Shown here: piece after piece, positions 40,926-54,502 of the stretch
How positions within the stretch are numbered: position 1 is the stretch's first letter
Layout: each line of letters starts with the position of its first letter
Source: Trichinella spiralis
Taxonomy: Eukaryota
Direction: 5' to 3'
NCBI RefSeq assembly: GCF_000181795.1
Contig: NW_003526941.1
Location: forward strand, 6,187,422 to 6,251,421
DNA: 64,000 nt
Translations under genes and position numbers: made by a program
The notes under the pieces: generated by a model
Told to the model about the DNA's origin: nothing
Database searches by the model: none
What the model saw: the letters and a program-made list of their open reading frames with translations, nothing else

Positions 40926-43151
40926 TTATTCTTATTATAATATTATATTAATTGTTTTGTATTAATTATTTCTTCTAACTGAATAAATCAAAGCCGACAA
41001 ACAAAGCAGTGAGTGTACTGATGCAAACAAGCAAACAAGTCGATCAACCGACCGTCTCTGTACACTGAAATGCTGCTCTGTGAATATGCTCTGCTCACTT
41101 TTCTGAAAGCAAGCAACCGTTGGACGGATAATAGACAACAATAACTGCTTCTTAAACAGAGAAAAGAAGAAACAACACACGCGCACAGCAACAACCAATG
41201 AACGAACGATAAGCAAATGATGAACAAGCAAGCCTTTCTTTTTTGTTATACTGCTGTTGTTGTTGTTGTTGATGTTACTCATCTGGTTGGTGGTGCATTA
41301 TCGAATTTATTCCAAGTAAACAAAATAAAGCCAACAACACCTAGAACCACTGACTGACTATCCGAGAGATATAAACATTCAACAGCTAACCAAGTAGCTA
41401 ATCAGCTATCGTTTCAAATTCAACTGTGCAATGCTTTCATCAAAGCGACTGTAAGGTTGAAATTTTGCACAGCAATTCAATTGGCTGAAGAGAAAATTAC
41501 GAAAAAAAAACCCAAGACATATTTTCAACGATTAATGTCAACCATTTTGGACGTTGTTTGCATTTAGCATAACAAAATGCCTTTTTTCCAATTAACAAAA
41601 TCAACACAGTTGAAATTTATTTTCACCTACCACAATACAACTTATCAATTTCTTCACTGGTATCATCTGAAAAACTTACATTCAAAATAAATAAATTTCA
41701 CCTAAAAACTGTTCTTCTAAATAGAATATTACACATTAATAATAATAAAAAGTTGTTCACAAAACTAAAAAGTAATATTCTAAAATAATTTATTGCGATA
41801 ATCAAAACCAAATCAATTGAAAACTTCAGCCACTTACTTCTCAGAGATGACTGTTTTTGTGTAAATTCTCATTTGGTCCATGAATCATTTTCAATTTTTT
41901 CTATCTTTTCAAAAGTTTCAAAAAAAAGGACAACCTGACTGAAATGATGCTTTTTTTCCAGATTGAATGGAATTTCATGATTGATTCGATCAGTGATGAT
42001 ATAAATTCTTTTTCAATCCTAGATAAAAATGAACGCACCAACAATTGCAAAAGAAATTGACGATCAAACCTGTGTGTACTTGTGGCACATGATGATCATA
42101 TTTGAAAAAACGTTTCTTTGAAATTCGAAAATAAAAAAAAGCCTACCTATTAATATTTCACAAGTTTCAAATAAGCATAATCTTCATGTCAAAAATGTGA
42201 ACTGTATTTTCTTCTTACCTTTTTCTTACCCAGCTAATCAAATAAACTTTGCAACCAAATTATCTCAAGCAAACACATTCAGTGTAGAATTATCAAAAAG
42301 AAAAGTAACGTCATATCGAGAAGTGAGCTGTGAATTCTTCAACTTTGAAATAATAAATATTTAAATGTACAAACTCTAAATCATCAGATGAAGAGTAAGT
42401 TATTCTTCTTTCTCTTCTGATCAGATAACGTCATCTGAAATGCAAAAGAAAAAAAATACACGCTAGTTGCCTGTATGGTGAAGATAAAATTTTATTTTAA
42501 ATAAATAAATAAATGTTAAGTTGAAAAACAATTAAAATTAAAAAAAAACATATATTTAACAGAAAAAGGTAATAAAAGTAAGCAAATTTACTCCATAGAC
42601 AAAATTGGAGGCTATGCGGCAGGCCTCAGTGAACAATGGCAAAGGCACAATATAAAAAAACTGCAAATAGACTTTCAAGAATCAATGAGAGGCATGTAGA
42701 GACAGATTATTTTCTATAGCAGCTTGAACTCGATGGACACCAAGTAGATCCAATCTGTTCCTGTCAATGCCGACACCATCGCAATCGGCCAGCAAACTGG
42801 GCAAATAGGTAAAGGTAAAGGTGTGGTCCGTTGAACAACAACGAGTTTCACTGATGCCATTATGGAGGCAGTACCCGGACAAGCATTAAGGGGAAAAAAA
42901 ATAAATCCAACTAGTTGGCTAGCGAGCTAGCTGTTTAGCCAGACACATATACATACATATACATATGCAACAGAGAGTTCGAGTTGAAAAAATCTAAAAG
43001 CCGAAGTGAAATGTTTAAGCGCGCTTCGGCAAACGCGCAGCTGATTGATTGATTGTTTTGTTCGATCAAATACAGAAACAAACATGATAAATTCAAGTCA
43101 ATGCAATTATTGCATCATTATATACACCGAATTAGCAAAATAGCAGAAAAT

Positions 43152-46100
43152 TTAACCAGCTCTGCTAGGAGCAGCGTCGAACACTGTAATCAGTTGCACA
43201 TGTGACTTGCAAGCGTTAACACGCTTCTCAAGAATTTTCGTTTCTTGCACAAACGCTTCCATCATGCCCATACTGTGGCTTTCCATACAGTCCAAAACGT
43301 GCACTATATTCAAACAATAAAACATCAGTCAGTTGAACATCATCAGCTAGCTGCGTCTATTGTCACTTGCTCAAACTCTTCTTATCCTGCTAGCTTAAAA
43401 AAATTACCATGCAAAAGTATGCATATATCCGCGATGCATGAGCATTTGTGAATAAAAGTTTAGCTGAAGTAATGATAATTTTAAAAAACAGTAAAAAGAA
43501 AAGAAAAACTTTTCTGTACATGTGTGATGCCACACAACTACTATTATCATTATTATTGCTGTCGTAGCAATCAGAAGCACAACCAAACTATGCTCATTTC
43601 GCTTTCAGTATCACAATAAATAAGTAAAAACAACAAAAACTGCTAAATAATATCTTCTCCTCCAATCATACTGATTCACACATAATAAATACTCAGTTCG
43701 TGTATAAATAGATGGTAAAAATTTGTTCTGTCAATACAACAAACAACAGCTGAGCGTTACACGGTGATCAATACATACAACATCATATACGCAGTTGGAT
43801 TTTGTTTTAAGCAATAAATTCACGTTAAATTATACCAAAACATGCGCTGGATAAAAATGAAAATTCTATTGATACTTACAGTCATAGCACCATTTGCTTT
43901 CAGGAACTCCCAAACGTTCTTTCGCTTTGCGCAACTCCACCTTCAGTGCTTCTTGTTTAGCTTTCAGTTGATCGATTTTTGCTTTCGATTTTTCCATCTC
44001 TTCACGTGTAAGACTTGACGATCTCGATGATAAAAAATACTTTGGACGTAACAAAGACGACGGTAAACCGAATATTCCTTTATTCGATGGTGAACCTGGA
44101 CTTTGTGGAGCGCTTTTGAATCCTCGTCCAATAACATCTGCAAATGTAGAAAAAATTGAAAACGAAAACACTAATTAATCAATCAGCAAGATATCTCAGA
44201 GAAGAATAAAAAAATTCAAACTGCTCACTCATGAACCATCTTTTCCTTGGGCTACGTTCACTAGCCGAAGCACCACTGTCGACATCACTAGCCGAAGCAG
44301 TGTCGGCATCGCTTGAAGATTGGGGACTTTGTTTTTCCAAATTTGTACTCTGCACTTTTCTTTCAAATCCTCTTCCATTATTACCATGCGATAAACTGCT
44401 CACAGTGATATTTGTTGCAGTTGCGACTTGTTGAACACCACTCTTATTCTTGACAGCGTTATTAGCGTAGGTTGTATTACTATTATTAGCAGCAGTAGCA
44501 GTAGTGACAGTAGTAGTAGAAGTAGTGGCATTGGAAGATGTGGTTGCAGAGGTAGTAGCAGTGGTGCATGGAACTTGTACGGTTGGAGTGTTGGCAACGG
44601 TAGCTGTGGTATTAATGACCAGACGTTGACGAGGTTGTGTCCGGGGTGCTAGCTTCGCATTCACGGTGCTTCCGAGAGATAATTTTCCTCCGGCAGTACG
44701 ATGCAACGTACCCCTGGGTGGTCGAATAAACGAATCCGAAGTTGGCGTCGAACTGTTGTCACTTCCCCTTCCGCTGCTCGTCGACCTAGCCACCACCAAG
44801 CTTGCTCTGCACGGCTGGGTCAGCTGCTTGGGACAAGGGGAGACGATCAGGCCGACCGTACTGTCATGACCGCCAGACTCGTAACCGGACGAGGTCCGTT
44901 GACTTGGCGAATGAGAACCTCGGGCGGTGAATTTCGGAACCCTGGCATTGGCGAGAAGAAGATGCAACGGCGACTTGACACGAACTTGATGACACGGATC
45001 CGACTTCTTTTCTTTGATCGCCTTGCCAACAGCGGCCAGGTTCAATTTTGGCAATTTCGACTCGCCGCCGGCGTTGGAATTGCAATTCTTCAGTCGGGTC
45101 GAAATGGACTGGCTGAACTTGAGCTGCTGTGATTTGGAACCTTTGCCGGAACAAACGACCGGCTCAAACAGATCAATCGCCTGACGGTAGCTACCACTGG
45201 TTGGCGGTGGCATTCTATTATCGCCGCCGATCCCACGGCAACATCCAACATCGAACGTGGTGGGCACAACGCTGGGCCGTTTTTCGACCTCGTCCAAAAG
45301 TCCAGACTGACTAACTGGAATCGGTACTGGCATGTGGCTCTTTTCCACTGTCGTTGTCGGCATGCTGCTGCTCTCTTCAAAACATGCGAAACGTTCTTTA
45401 CCTTCTGGATCAAGTCGTTGCTGCTGCTGCTGCTGACCAATGCTAAACGAATCGGCACCAACAGCAATTGGCTTTGGTTGTTGCGTTGGCGTGTTCAACA
45501 GCAATACTTGCTGAGCACGTTCGGCTTTCAACTTTTGCAAAATGTCCAACGAACGCACTGAACTCAAACTCAAACTTGCTTGCATGGCGAGTTCTAAATC
45601 CTCGTCCGACGACAACGACGGCACGTCTTCGTCGACGGGATCCGCCAGTGCACTAGCTGTGCAAAGTGAAATCGAATCCGAACATCTCGTATCCACGTCA
45701 TCGGTACTGAGAATGCGCAAACGACCTGCCGAATCGGAAAATGCGGCACTGATCGATTCGGTGATTCCATGCAGCAAAGTTTTCGTCTTCTGACAATGGT
45801 CACCAACATGCTCCACCGGAACGTGCACATTGGAAGAATATTGTTCAGACGAACTGTCCTCTTCCACTTCGACAATATCTTCCAAATAACGCGCCTCTGG
45901 AGAACCGTAAAGCGAACTCCTCGTTAACTGGACATTCCACTCTTCGACATTTGACCGAGACAACAAACCTTCATCTGCAGTGATCAAAGGTTGAGCACCA
46001 CTACCAACGTTGACCAAACGTTCCGTTTCCTGACGAATGATCCACTCACGAACCCGTTCACGCTTACTCTGCTCTACCATTGACCGATGGTCTAGTAACA

Positions 46101-49100
46101 ATTTTTCTGCATTCTGTTGTTGTTGTTGTTGCTGCTGTTGCTGCTGCTGCTGTTGTGGCTGTTGCTGTTGTTGCGGCTGCTTTGGTGGTTTGGGTTTCGC
46201 TTTCGGTCCATCAATCCATTCTTCTTGTTCAATTGAATGCTTGCTACTGATTCGGGTCATCGTTGAAGCCGGTCCAGCGCAGATCAAATTGTTCAAAAAA
46301 TGTGCCGGTCGTTTCGGTGCCGTGGTAGAAGTGGAATTTGACGACGGTTTCGGAATGCGTGTAGAAGAACTGTGACTGTGGGCGGCGGTTGATGCCGCAG
46401 ATGGCTCGGCCACAAAAGGCACTCCAGGAGTACCCAAAAATATCACCGTGTCACAGGACTGCTCTGAGCTTGATGTAGTACAGTCCGGATCAGAAATACT
46501 TCGACGAATCACACGCCTTTGACGTTCTTCGCAAGAGCTATCTCCACCTGATGAACTATTCAAGCCGACTCCGAACTTAACAAATAAAATTGTTCAAACA
46601 TAAATACATAAACGTGTGAAATTATTCTTACCGGTGTTTTTTTCGTTCGTTTCAAACGATGTAATCGACTAATAATTTGTATTGTATTCATAGTTTCCAT
46701 GTAACGGCAAGAATCTGGTGACACGCAAGCCAAAATCGACACAAATTTACACTGTGAACTGCCAATTGTCTCTTTGAAAATTTTCGTCAAATTGCTATCT
46801 CTGAAAATCAAATCCCATACAAACTGAATGAAACATTAGAACATCATTATAACAAACGGTGGCTACTTTGATGGCAAATGCTTCTGGCCTTGCAGCAATG
46901 TGAGAAGAACGTTGCCGATCGCTGGCAGTGTTAGGCTGGTCCGATTCGGTTTGGTACATTTTTCACCTTGTCCGAGATCAATAAGATGCAAGCGGCTTCT
47001 TCCACCGCTTACTGTAAATTGAAAAATAAACACACATATACACTTATGAAGTAAATCAACAATATAAATTTGATTACAACTTACAACAACAATTCAGACA
47101 GATTATTATGAAAAACACACTGAATTAAATTGAAAACAAAACGAAGCAAGTGAAAAAGAAATTCCACAATTTTACCTCCTCCTTTTCCATCTTGATTCAC
47201 ACGGTACTGGTAAACATGCAGAGTAAAAATAAGATGCGAATTCCGTCGTTCTTCTTCGGTATCTAAATGACAACCGTATAAAAGGAAAGAAATGATAACA
47301 ATGTTCAAAACTATAATTAATAACTGGCAATAAATAATTCAGCAACAAACGAGCTGAAAATAAAGCTAGACAACAAGACGGCGCATGAAATGAACATCAT
47401 CTCTAACTAACTGCCAGATTTTCAAGCAAGCAAAACAGAGTTCGTCAGCTAGCTAAAACCTTAGCGCAACGCACCAACGGGCGTGTGTGGATGTGTGCAA
47501 GCATATGTGAATGCACTTGATGCAATTCTTTTAGCGTTTGTGCTTGTTAAATTAAAATACAAGAACAGCTTTCGTTTAATTGGATGCCAACTGCGCCCAT
47601 AAATATGGCATCCAACATAAAGAATGCTAAACGAACACGTTGTAAGAGCAAGCTATAGCAGATGGAAGAAGATGAACATTTTCAATGCATAATTATCAAC
47701 CAATATTCAATCATCCTTCTACACACATATCACATAATATAATATATTTACACGTATGCACACACAAACACGAGTAAATAAATATTTTAAGCATAGCTTG
47801 ATAAACTGTAACAATTTTTAGTAGAAAAATTAAATCAACTTTTTAATCAATAAGCATTTATTCTTAAAACAACTAATGAAATGTGACTTACTGAATTTTC
47901 TCAACGAGAGAGCCGTGTCCAAATAATGACCTGCCTTTTCCAAGCTAGGAGCACGCAATTCACTTGCGTTTTGCAAATGTGCTGCTGTCAACGCTGAATC
48001 CATAACAATAGCACCTTTGTTGGTCAACAAATCTCGCACTTCTTCATTTGGACCTGATATTTCCACCGCAGATACTCGGACAGAAAATCTTGCCCCTGTC
48101 CTTTGCTTCTGTTCGCCTATCAACCGGTAAAGCCAAGCTATAGCTGACGGTATTACTCCAACTTGGTGCACATCATGATCTTCACCAATAAAAGTACTAT
48201 TGCAACAGCCTAAATATTTTCGACATTTCCAATAATATGTAATAGATTCATTTATAAATAATATTCATACCTTCGCCTGTATGACCGAATGACAAAATGC
48301 AGCTATCTTCTCCAGCAATTACCGTCTGAATAACTTCAAACAAAACGTTGCTGCATATTTCGCTCTGAAAAAATACGCAACACAGTTAATTATTCAATTA
48401 ATCGACAAGATTTGAAGCATGTTTACCAACGAATCATCGCCAGAAAACACCGAATCAAATCCAAACACCTTTTTCAATGCACCGGCTTTGTTGGCACCAA
48501 CCGGCCTGCGTCCACCGGAATACAATTCTGCCACTGCAACTTGTTTCTGACGTCCATCCACCGTTATGTAATTGCTTCCCGGACTGTTGCTAGCATTACT
48601 GTTAGCACTGGGCAATACCCGAAGTGTAACTTTGAGCTAAATTCAACAATACAGCTGTGAGCAATATATGTTATAAATAAAGAAATTAAAAAAATATATA
48701 TATATGTTGTAGTGTCGACATAAATTAGCAATTTTGCCTGAATTAGTGTTAATTTTAAGTTGACATGAGCAGAGAGAAAATACCAAAAAAAAAGAAAGAA
48801 AAACAAGTAGAATAAGCGCATCAATAAGCAAGAGAAAGTCCGTCGTACAGAGACGAAACAAATGCTCCACAAACAATCGATATAATTCCATCAATTGCGA
48901 ATCATTTAAGTGGACCATTGCGAGAGCTTGTTGTTCGCGTGGGCAATTCGGAAACGATCTTTCGCAATGGCACCAGAGCACTGTGTGATCAGCAGTGGCG
49001 AAGAGCATTCGCCCCCAATCAGCGTCATTAAAAATTGTTAAATCAGCCGCGTCACAGGGAGAAGTCGATTTGCATTTCCGTCAACTCGACCACAACGCAC

Positions 49101-50595
49101 AGCTAACAATGCGTCGGTATGTATTCAATAATAACAGAGCATACAAACGGATTAACTGAAGAACAACGACAACAACGGCAATTGCGGAACAGCAGAAATA
49201 CTTGTTGATGTTGTTGCTTTGGCAATGGTGGTAAAATGTTGGAGCAGATATAAAAATTTGATGCAATCCGTTCGAAAACGTGAAACTTAATTCAAGCTGC
49301 CGGTCATATCAGAAGAAGGAGAAGAAAATGATGATGATGATGATGCACGCTTCAACATTGCATGATTGACCATAAGTTAAGCTAAGCTAATCGAACAACA
49401 CCGACAGCCAGCTTGCAATTTCCTGACTATAACTGCAATCAATTTGCCGTATAAAACAATGCGAACAGCATCTCCAGTCGGCCAGAAATCTTCATTCATG
49501 AACAATTAATTTTATGTGAACAAACCTTCTGCTCATTGTAAAACTTTGAAAAATTACTGTTACCAGCAATTCCACTTTAAATGTTAATAGTATTTATGTT
49601 ATACATATATATATATATTTCCACAATGAAAATTTAAATGCTTCCTTTATGAATCGGTATTGCACTTTTCACTATTAGCAACTCCAGCTAACTAACTAAC
49701 TAAAGCTAACTAACTTCCTCCGATGGTGGTGCCATTACAGAAAACATTTCTTTCACACATTTAGTTATACTTCAGTGCAATTGACAAACTGGCTGGCTTG
49801 GAAAATTGATAAATTTAAAGAGAGTGGAAGAAGAAGACAAAAAAAGAAATTTATTTATTTGAGAGGAAAATTTCCAAAAAGCCAACAAATCTTCGAAGCA
49901 AGCCCTTGAAATGAAAAAACAACAACAACAAATGCAGCTAATTTTTGAAAAAGATGAAAAGTGGTGGTACTTTTCCCAGTCAACCAGAGAGCAACTGCCA
50001 AATCGATAAACATCGAGAAAAAAAAAGAACCACAGAGAACCGACCACCACACGACGTCTTAATAATGTTAATGATCACAAGCTGTTCACGTTTCATCTTC
50101 ATCCATCAAAGATGCCATTGAAAGAAAGAAAGTGAAAAATAAAAGAGTGAACCGCGTCATAGAAAAACAATAAAACTCTGCTCTACCTCTCTCACCCATT
50201 CTGTGTACTAGGGTAGTTGTACGGTAATAAAAAACAATAATGTAAAAGTATTACTTCCAGAAGTGATTAAAAAAAGAAATTTTTGATCTTCCTCTGTTTG
50301 GACAAATTGTAAATTTTCACATCTTACCTTGTTTGATGAGTCTTTACGTACTGCAGCAGGGCCGAGTAGTCGAAGCAAAGCGGGAGGCACTGGTGGGGGT
50401 GAGTTTCGTAACAGTCGCCCAAAGTTGAATCGAGAATTCCGATTTGAGCCGAATGTTGTCGTCTTCTGGCTCGATCCATCAGTCGCACGTTTGGATACTG
50501 ATCGACCGTACCGACCGTGCGACGACTGTTTGTTCCGGGATGTCAACGGCAGAGAAGAAGAAGATGACGACGACGGGCAAGGCAGCTTCGAGGGT
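43152..50595 (-). CDS. KIF26: KIF26/VAB-8-like (kinesin-11) atypical kinesin, common exons
   Basis: Exons 50595-50328, 48636-48427, 48364-48271, 48209-47892, 47262-47176, 47011-46867, 46800-46632, 46575-44229, 44137-43880, 43303-43152. KIF26 motifs [93 protein letters not shown] and the C-terminal [19 protein letters not shown]. Confidence 0.92.
46113..46179 (-). repeat. Coding (CAG/CAA)n poly-Gln tract in the KIF26-like large exon
   Basis: [22 protein letters not shown] in ORF 44179..46563. Confidence 0.9.
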
Positions 50596-53500
50596 CTGAA
50601 GAAGGGGAAAAAAGAACACAAAAATTAAAACAATACCAAAACCAACAAAATCTCTCATATTCATCCCATCATGACAAGCTGCTGCTGATTGCCATGACCC
50701 GTGCATGCATCATCATACTTGGAGTGAGATCGTGACAAACGTTGTTGGCTCATCTCCGCATTTCAAAAGCCCAGCTACTACTGGCTAGACTAGAAAACGT
50801 TGGAAAACGCATCTCTCCCAAAAGGCCACTCAGTAGAAGAAGAAGAAGAAGAAGCTATTCAGTCACACCAGCAAAGAAAACTACCACTATTCCTAACCAC
50901 TACAACTATTATTGCTACTACAAGTTCGCCACTATTTGACTATACGTACTGGTGGAACACCACGACCTAATGAAGTGATCAATAGAGGGCGACAACCTTT
51001 AAACGTCGACTGACCAAGCGGTCGAGTTGATTTGTGTCTCCAGTCGAATTAAGCAAAAGAAGAAGAAGAAGAACTAGCCAGATAGATAGCGATTGCAATC
51101 GATAGGCGGCAGAGGAATAAAAATCGCCCAAACGGTTAGAGATGACAAGTTAAGGGGAAAATTCATTTCACAACAGTTTGCAACTGGACATTGCACGCGC
51201 ATATTTGTCACTCGATATACAAAGCTTTTTTGAAGAGATGAAAAATAATAAACTTACGAAAAAATTGCTAACGATTCGTGCAAAGCAAACGGTAGTCGGT
51301 TTGCCGGATTGACAAAATCAAACGACGCAGGCCAGGGGGCTCGAAATACCACAAATTCGTCTTCACTCAATTCAATACAAGTGGAACACATTTTTATCCA
51401 ATTTGAATTTCTGTTATGTTTCGATTTTTGGCTAGCATTCAAAGCCAAACATTCTCAAAGTCACAAATTTTCAAACCTCCAACCCAACATAGATACAGCA
51501 TCCTCTCGCCTTGACAAAAAGAAACCATGTTGGCACTGAATTGAATAAAAATGTATTTTCATGCTGTTGTTGTTGTTGTTTTCCAATTTTCTTCTTCGTC
51601 TTATTTCTTCGGCCAAAATTTCACTACATCTGCATTAATTGTGGTAACAGATTTTCTACTCTTTTCTATCCATCAGCCTGCGTATACCTGCCTGCTTGCC
51701 TGCCTGCCTGCCTGCTTGCTTGCTTGCTTGCCTTCACTCGCTTCTTCGCGCTTCGCTTGCTTGCTTCCAACTATGCGTTGCCGCCTCGTTTTAACGGACG
51801 GCTCGGTTGCATGCAATCGGAGGGGGCCAACTGCGGAAATTACTTCTCACGTGAGTTTAACAGGGCTAAATTTTCCATGTTTTCAAACACAACCTCGCCA
51901 CAAACGACTATATAACCGATGACAATTGGCCGACACAAACAACGCCACATACGGTCGTTGGAAAAGTTGACAATGTTCTTCGTGACAGCTAACAACACCT
52001 GACGAGACAAAGCAGAAAGCAAAAACTGACCAACCTCACTCGTCACGCAGTTGTTGTCAGCTAAAACCAACCGGCTACTGGCTATTCAAATGAAGCTGTG
52101 TGTAACATTGTTCTCGCCAGATTCGACCCATATATATATATACGTAAAACAAAATCAAAAAGAACAATGACTAGGACAATAACAGTGCCATCAAATAACA
52201 ATTTTCCCGTTTCGAATATCGCTGTGCTCAAAGAGGCTCCCCCGTGTGATGTGTGTGTGTGATATTTCATCCTGAACTACAACTACACCAAAAATATATA
52301 AAATTCTTGCATTAAACATTGTTGCCAGCCAGCTTGTATCAATTACTTCCTTTCCCAGGAACAGTTTCAAGAGAAAAACAAACAACCTTGCTTCGTCAGA
52401 CTGCACACTTTTCTGCAATCATTAAACGAGAGAGAGGGTGCAACTTCATCAATATATTTTCGCTCCGGTCGTTAGTTTTTCACCATATCACACAAAGAAC
52501 AACAGCAGCAAATAATAATAATTATTATTATAAAGTTCATTCATTTCCGAAAGAGTAAAAAAAACTTCATCAGTACAAAAACAATCATTCATCTTTTCAA
52601 AAACATAATTTGATTTACACGATGATGCTTTCTGAATAAAACACGAGCAATTTATAATAATGCATCTTTCGTGTAACAACGAACAAAAGCTCAACATTTC
52701 ACAAATGTTGACGTCAACGTGGTTTCTAAAAACGTCCGCATCAGAAGAAAAAAGCCCAACAATCCATTTTTAACCTTAAGCTTTCAAAAGTGCATGATGC
52801 AACAACATAAGCATCAGCATCAAATGATAAAAATAATAAATATTCACACACTGAGCTGTTTGTTGTCCAAAGTGAAGAAAATCAACCCAACAACAACAAT
52901 AACAACATACAGGTTGTGTTAGCCGAAGATTTTTCTCGAATGATCAAATCTAATTAGTATATTTTTTTTGCTTTTTGACCATTTATTAACGATGAATTTC
53001 ATCTGATCATATTTTTTGGATAAAACTGCAATTCAGTTTTCAAGAATGCCGCGCAATTGAAGGGTCCTTTTCCACTCCTCAAACCCGAGTTGATGATGCA
53101 AATTTGATTTTGTCGAATCGGTTTTCTTTTTTCAACTTTTCTTATTTTAATAAGTTTTGTTTCGATTTAAATTTGCTCCAACATCAATCCAACCTGCGTT
53201 GCAATTTCACTAATGGCAACTAATCAAAACGTTGTCAGAAGACGAATGCGCAACTGAGGCAAAATTCTTTCCCTGCTACTTACTACGCAGTTGCCAGATG
53301 CTGGTTGAGGAAAATTTCATCCATCGTCCACCAACCATCTAGTTCCCTTTATCTGTCTGTCTGTCTGTCTGTCTATCTGCAATTCACCGAGTCAAATGAA
53401 ACAACAAAATCATTCAATTGTGCATTTTGTCGTGTTTTGCAAAAAGTCACTTTAACCACAAATTCTCATCAGGGACAGACAATGTTTTTCGCAAGTTGTA

Positions 53501-53637
53501 AATTCATCCTCCATTTCCATCCACTGCCATTGGAAAAGTCATGTAAGATTACTTTTTCTCCCTCTCATCCACTCCCTCTCTCTTTCTCACTATCGCACTC
53601 TGAACTCTCTTGGGTAGTGCATTTCTGCAATTTGATT

Positions 53638-53638
<1 letters not shown>

Positions 53639-53669
<31 letters not shown>
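53639..53669. repeat. (CA)n microsatellite
   Basis: About 15 AC units seen directly. Confidence 0.9.
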
Positions 53670-53670
<1 letters not shown>

Positions 53671-54502
53671 CTTAAAATTGCCAACAATTCATAAAAGCAG
53701 AAATAAATTTTACCAACTGGAATGCAAAAGTGAAGAGAAAAAAAAACAATTAAATTACAAGCCAATAAAATGAATAAAACTTTTTAAATTACTTTTCTCC
53801 CAACTTATTTATTTTCAGATTGTTCTTTTGATTGATTATTTCATCGATTATTGCACAACATCCCGTCAACAACGCTCACTGTTGGTCGCTTTTTACACAA
53901 ATAAAATGCCAACTGTCTGCTTTGCAAAACTGAATAAAACTTACACCACCTAAATATTAATTTATGTATATATCTATATATATGTACCGTTATTCAACAA
54001 TGAATCTTCGCATTTTGTGCGTGCAATGACCGTGAACAAAAACAAGAAAAGCTGCACAAAAACAACAACAACAACAACAAACTAACCAGCTGCTTTCCCT
54101 AGTGTCAAGTGCTGCTTGCTAGTGACTGCAGTTTTGATTATACGAAAGACAAATACAAAAATACAAAAAAAGCCATAAATGAATGACAAGCACCGTACAC
54201 ATGGCATTTTGCTGGTCAAGCCGTGAGAATGCATGGTCATTTTTGCATGAATAAAGTGCAAATGCACAGACAGACAGACGGTCGAGAAAACGAAACAACC
54301 AACAGCTGCTGCTAACCGTGATCACCTACGGTCCTTTTACAACCTACTAGCCAGACAACGAGGTCAACAAGCTGTTGCTGATGGTTAAAATTGGCAAAAG
54401 TCAAAACCCGCCACAAAAGTATTAAAGTATAAAATAAATGAAAGGAAAAAGTGAACAACAAGAGCGTTGTATAAGTACAAATAAATAAATAAGTAAACTA
54501 AC

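Noticed and set aside
42682..42893. 66-aa ORF preceded by a U12-like branch sequence (CCCTTAAT, minus strand)
   Set aside because: No matching RTATCCTT donor seen upstream and no homology recognised; most likely kinesin 3' UTR.
46037..46375. Poly-Cys ORF resembling metallothionein
   Set aside because: Antisense reading of the kinesin poly-Gln tract.
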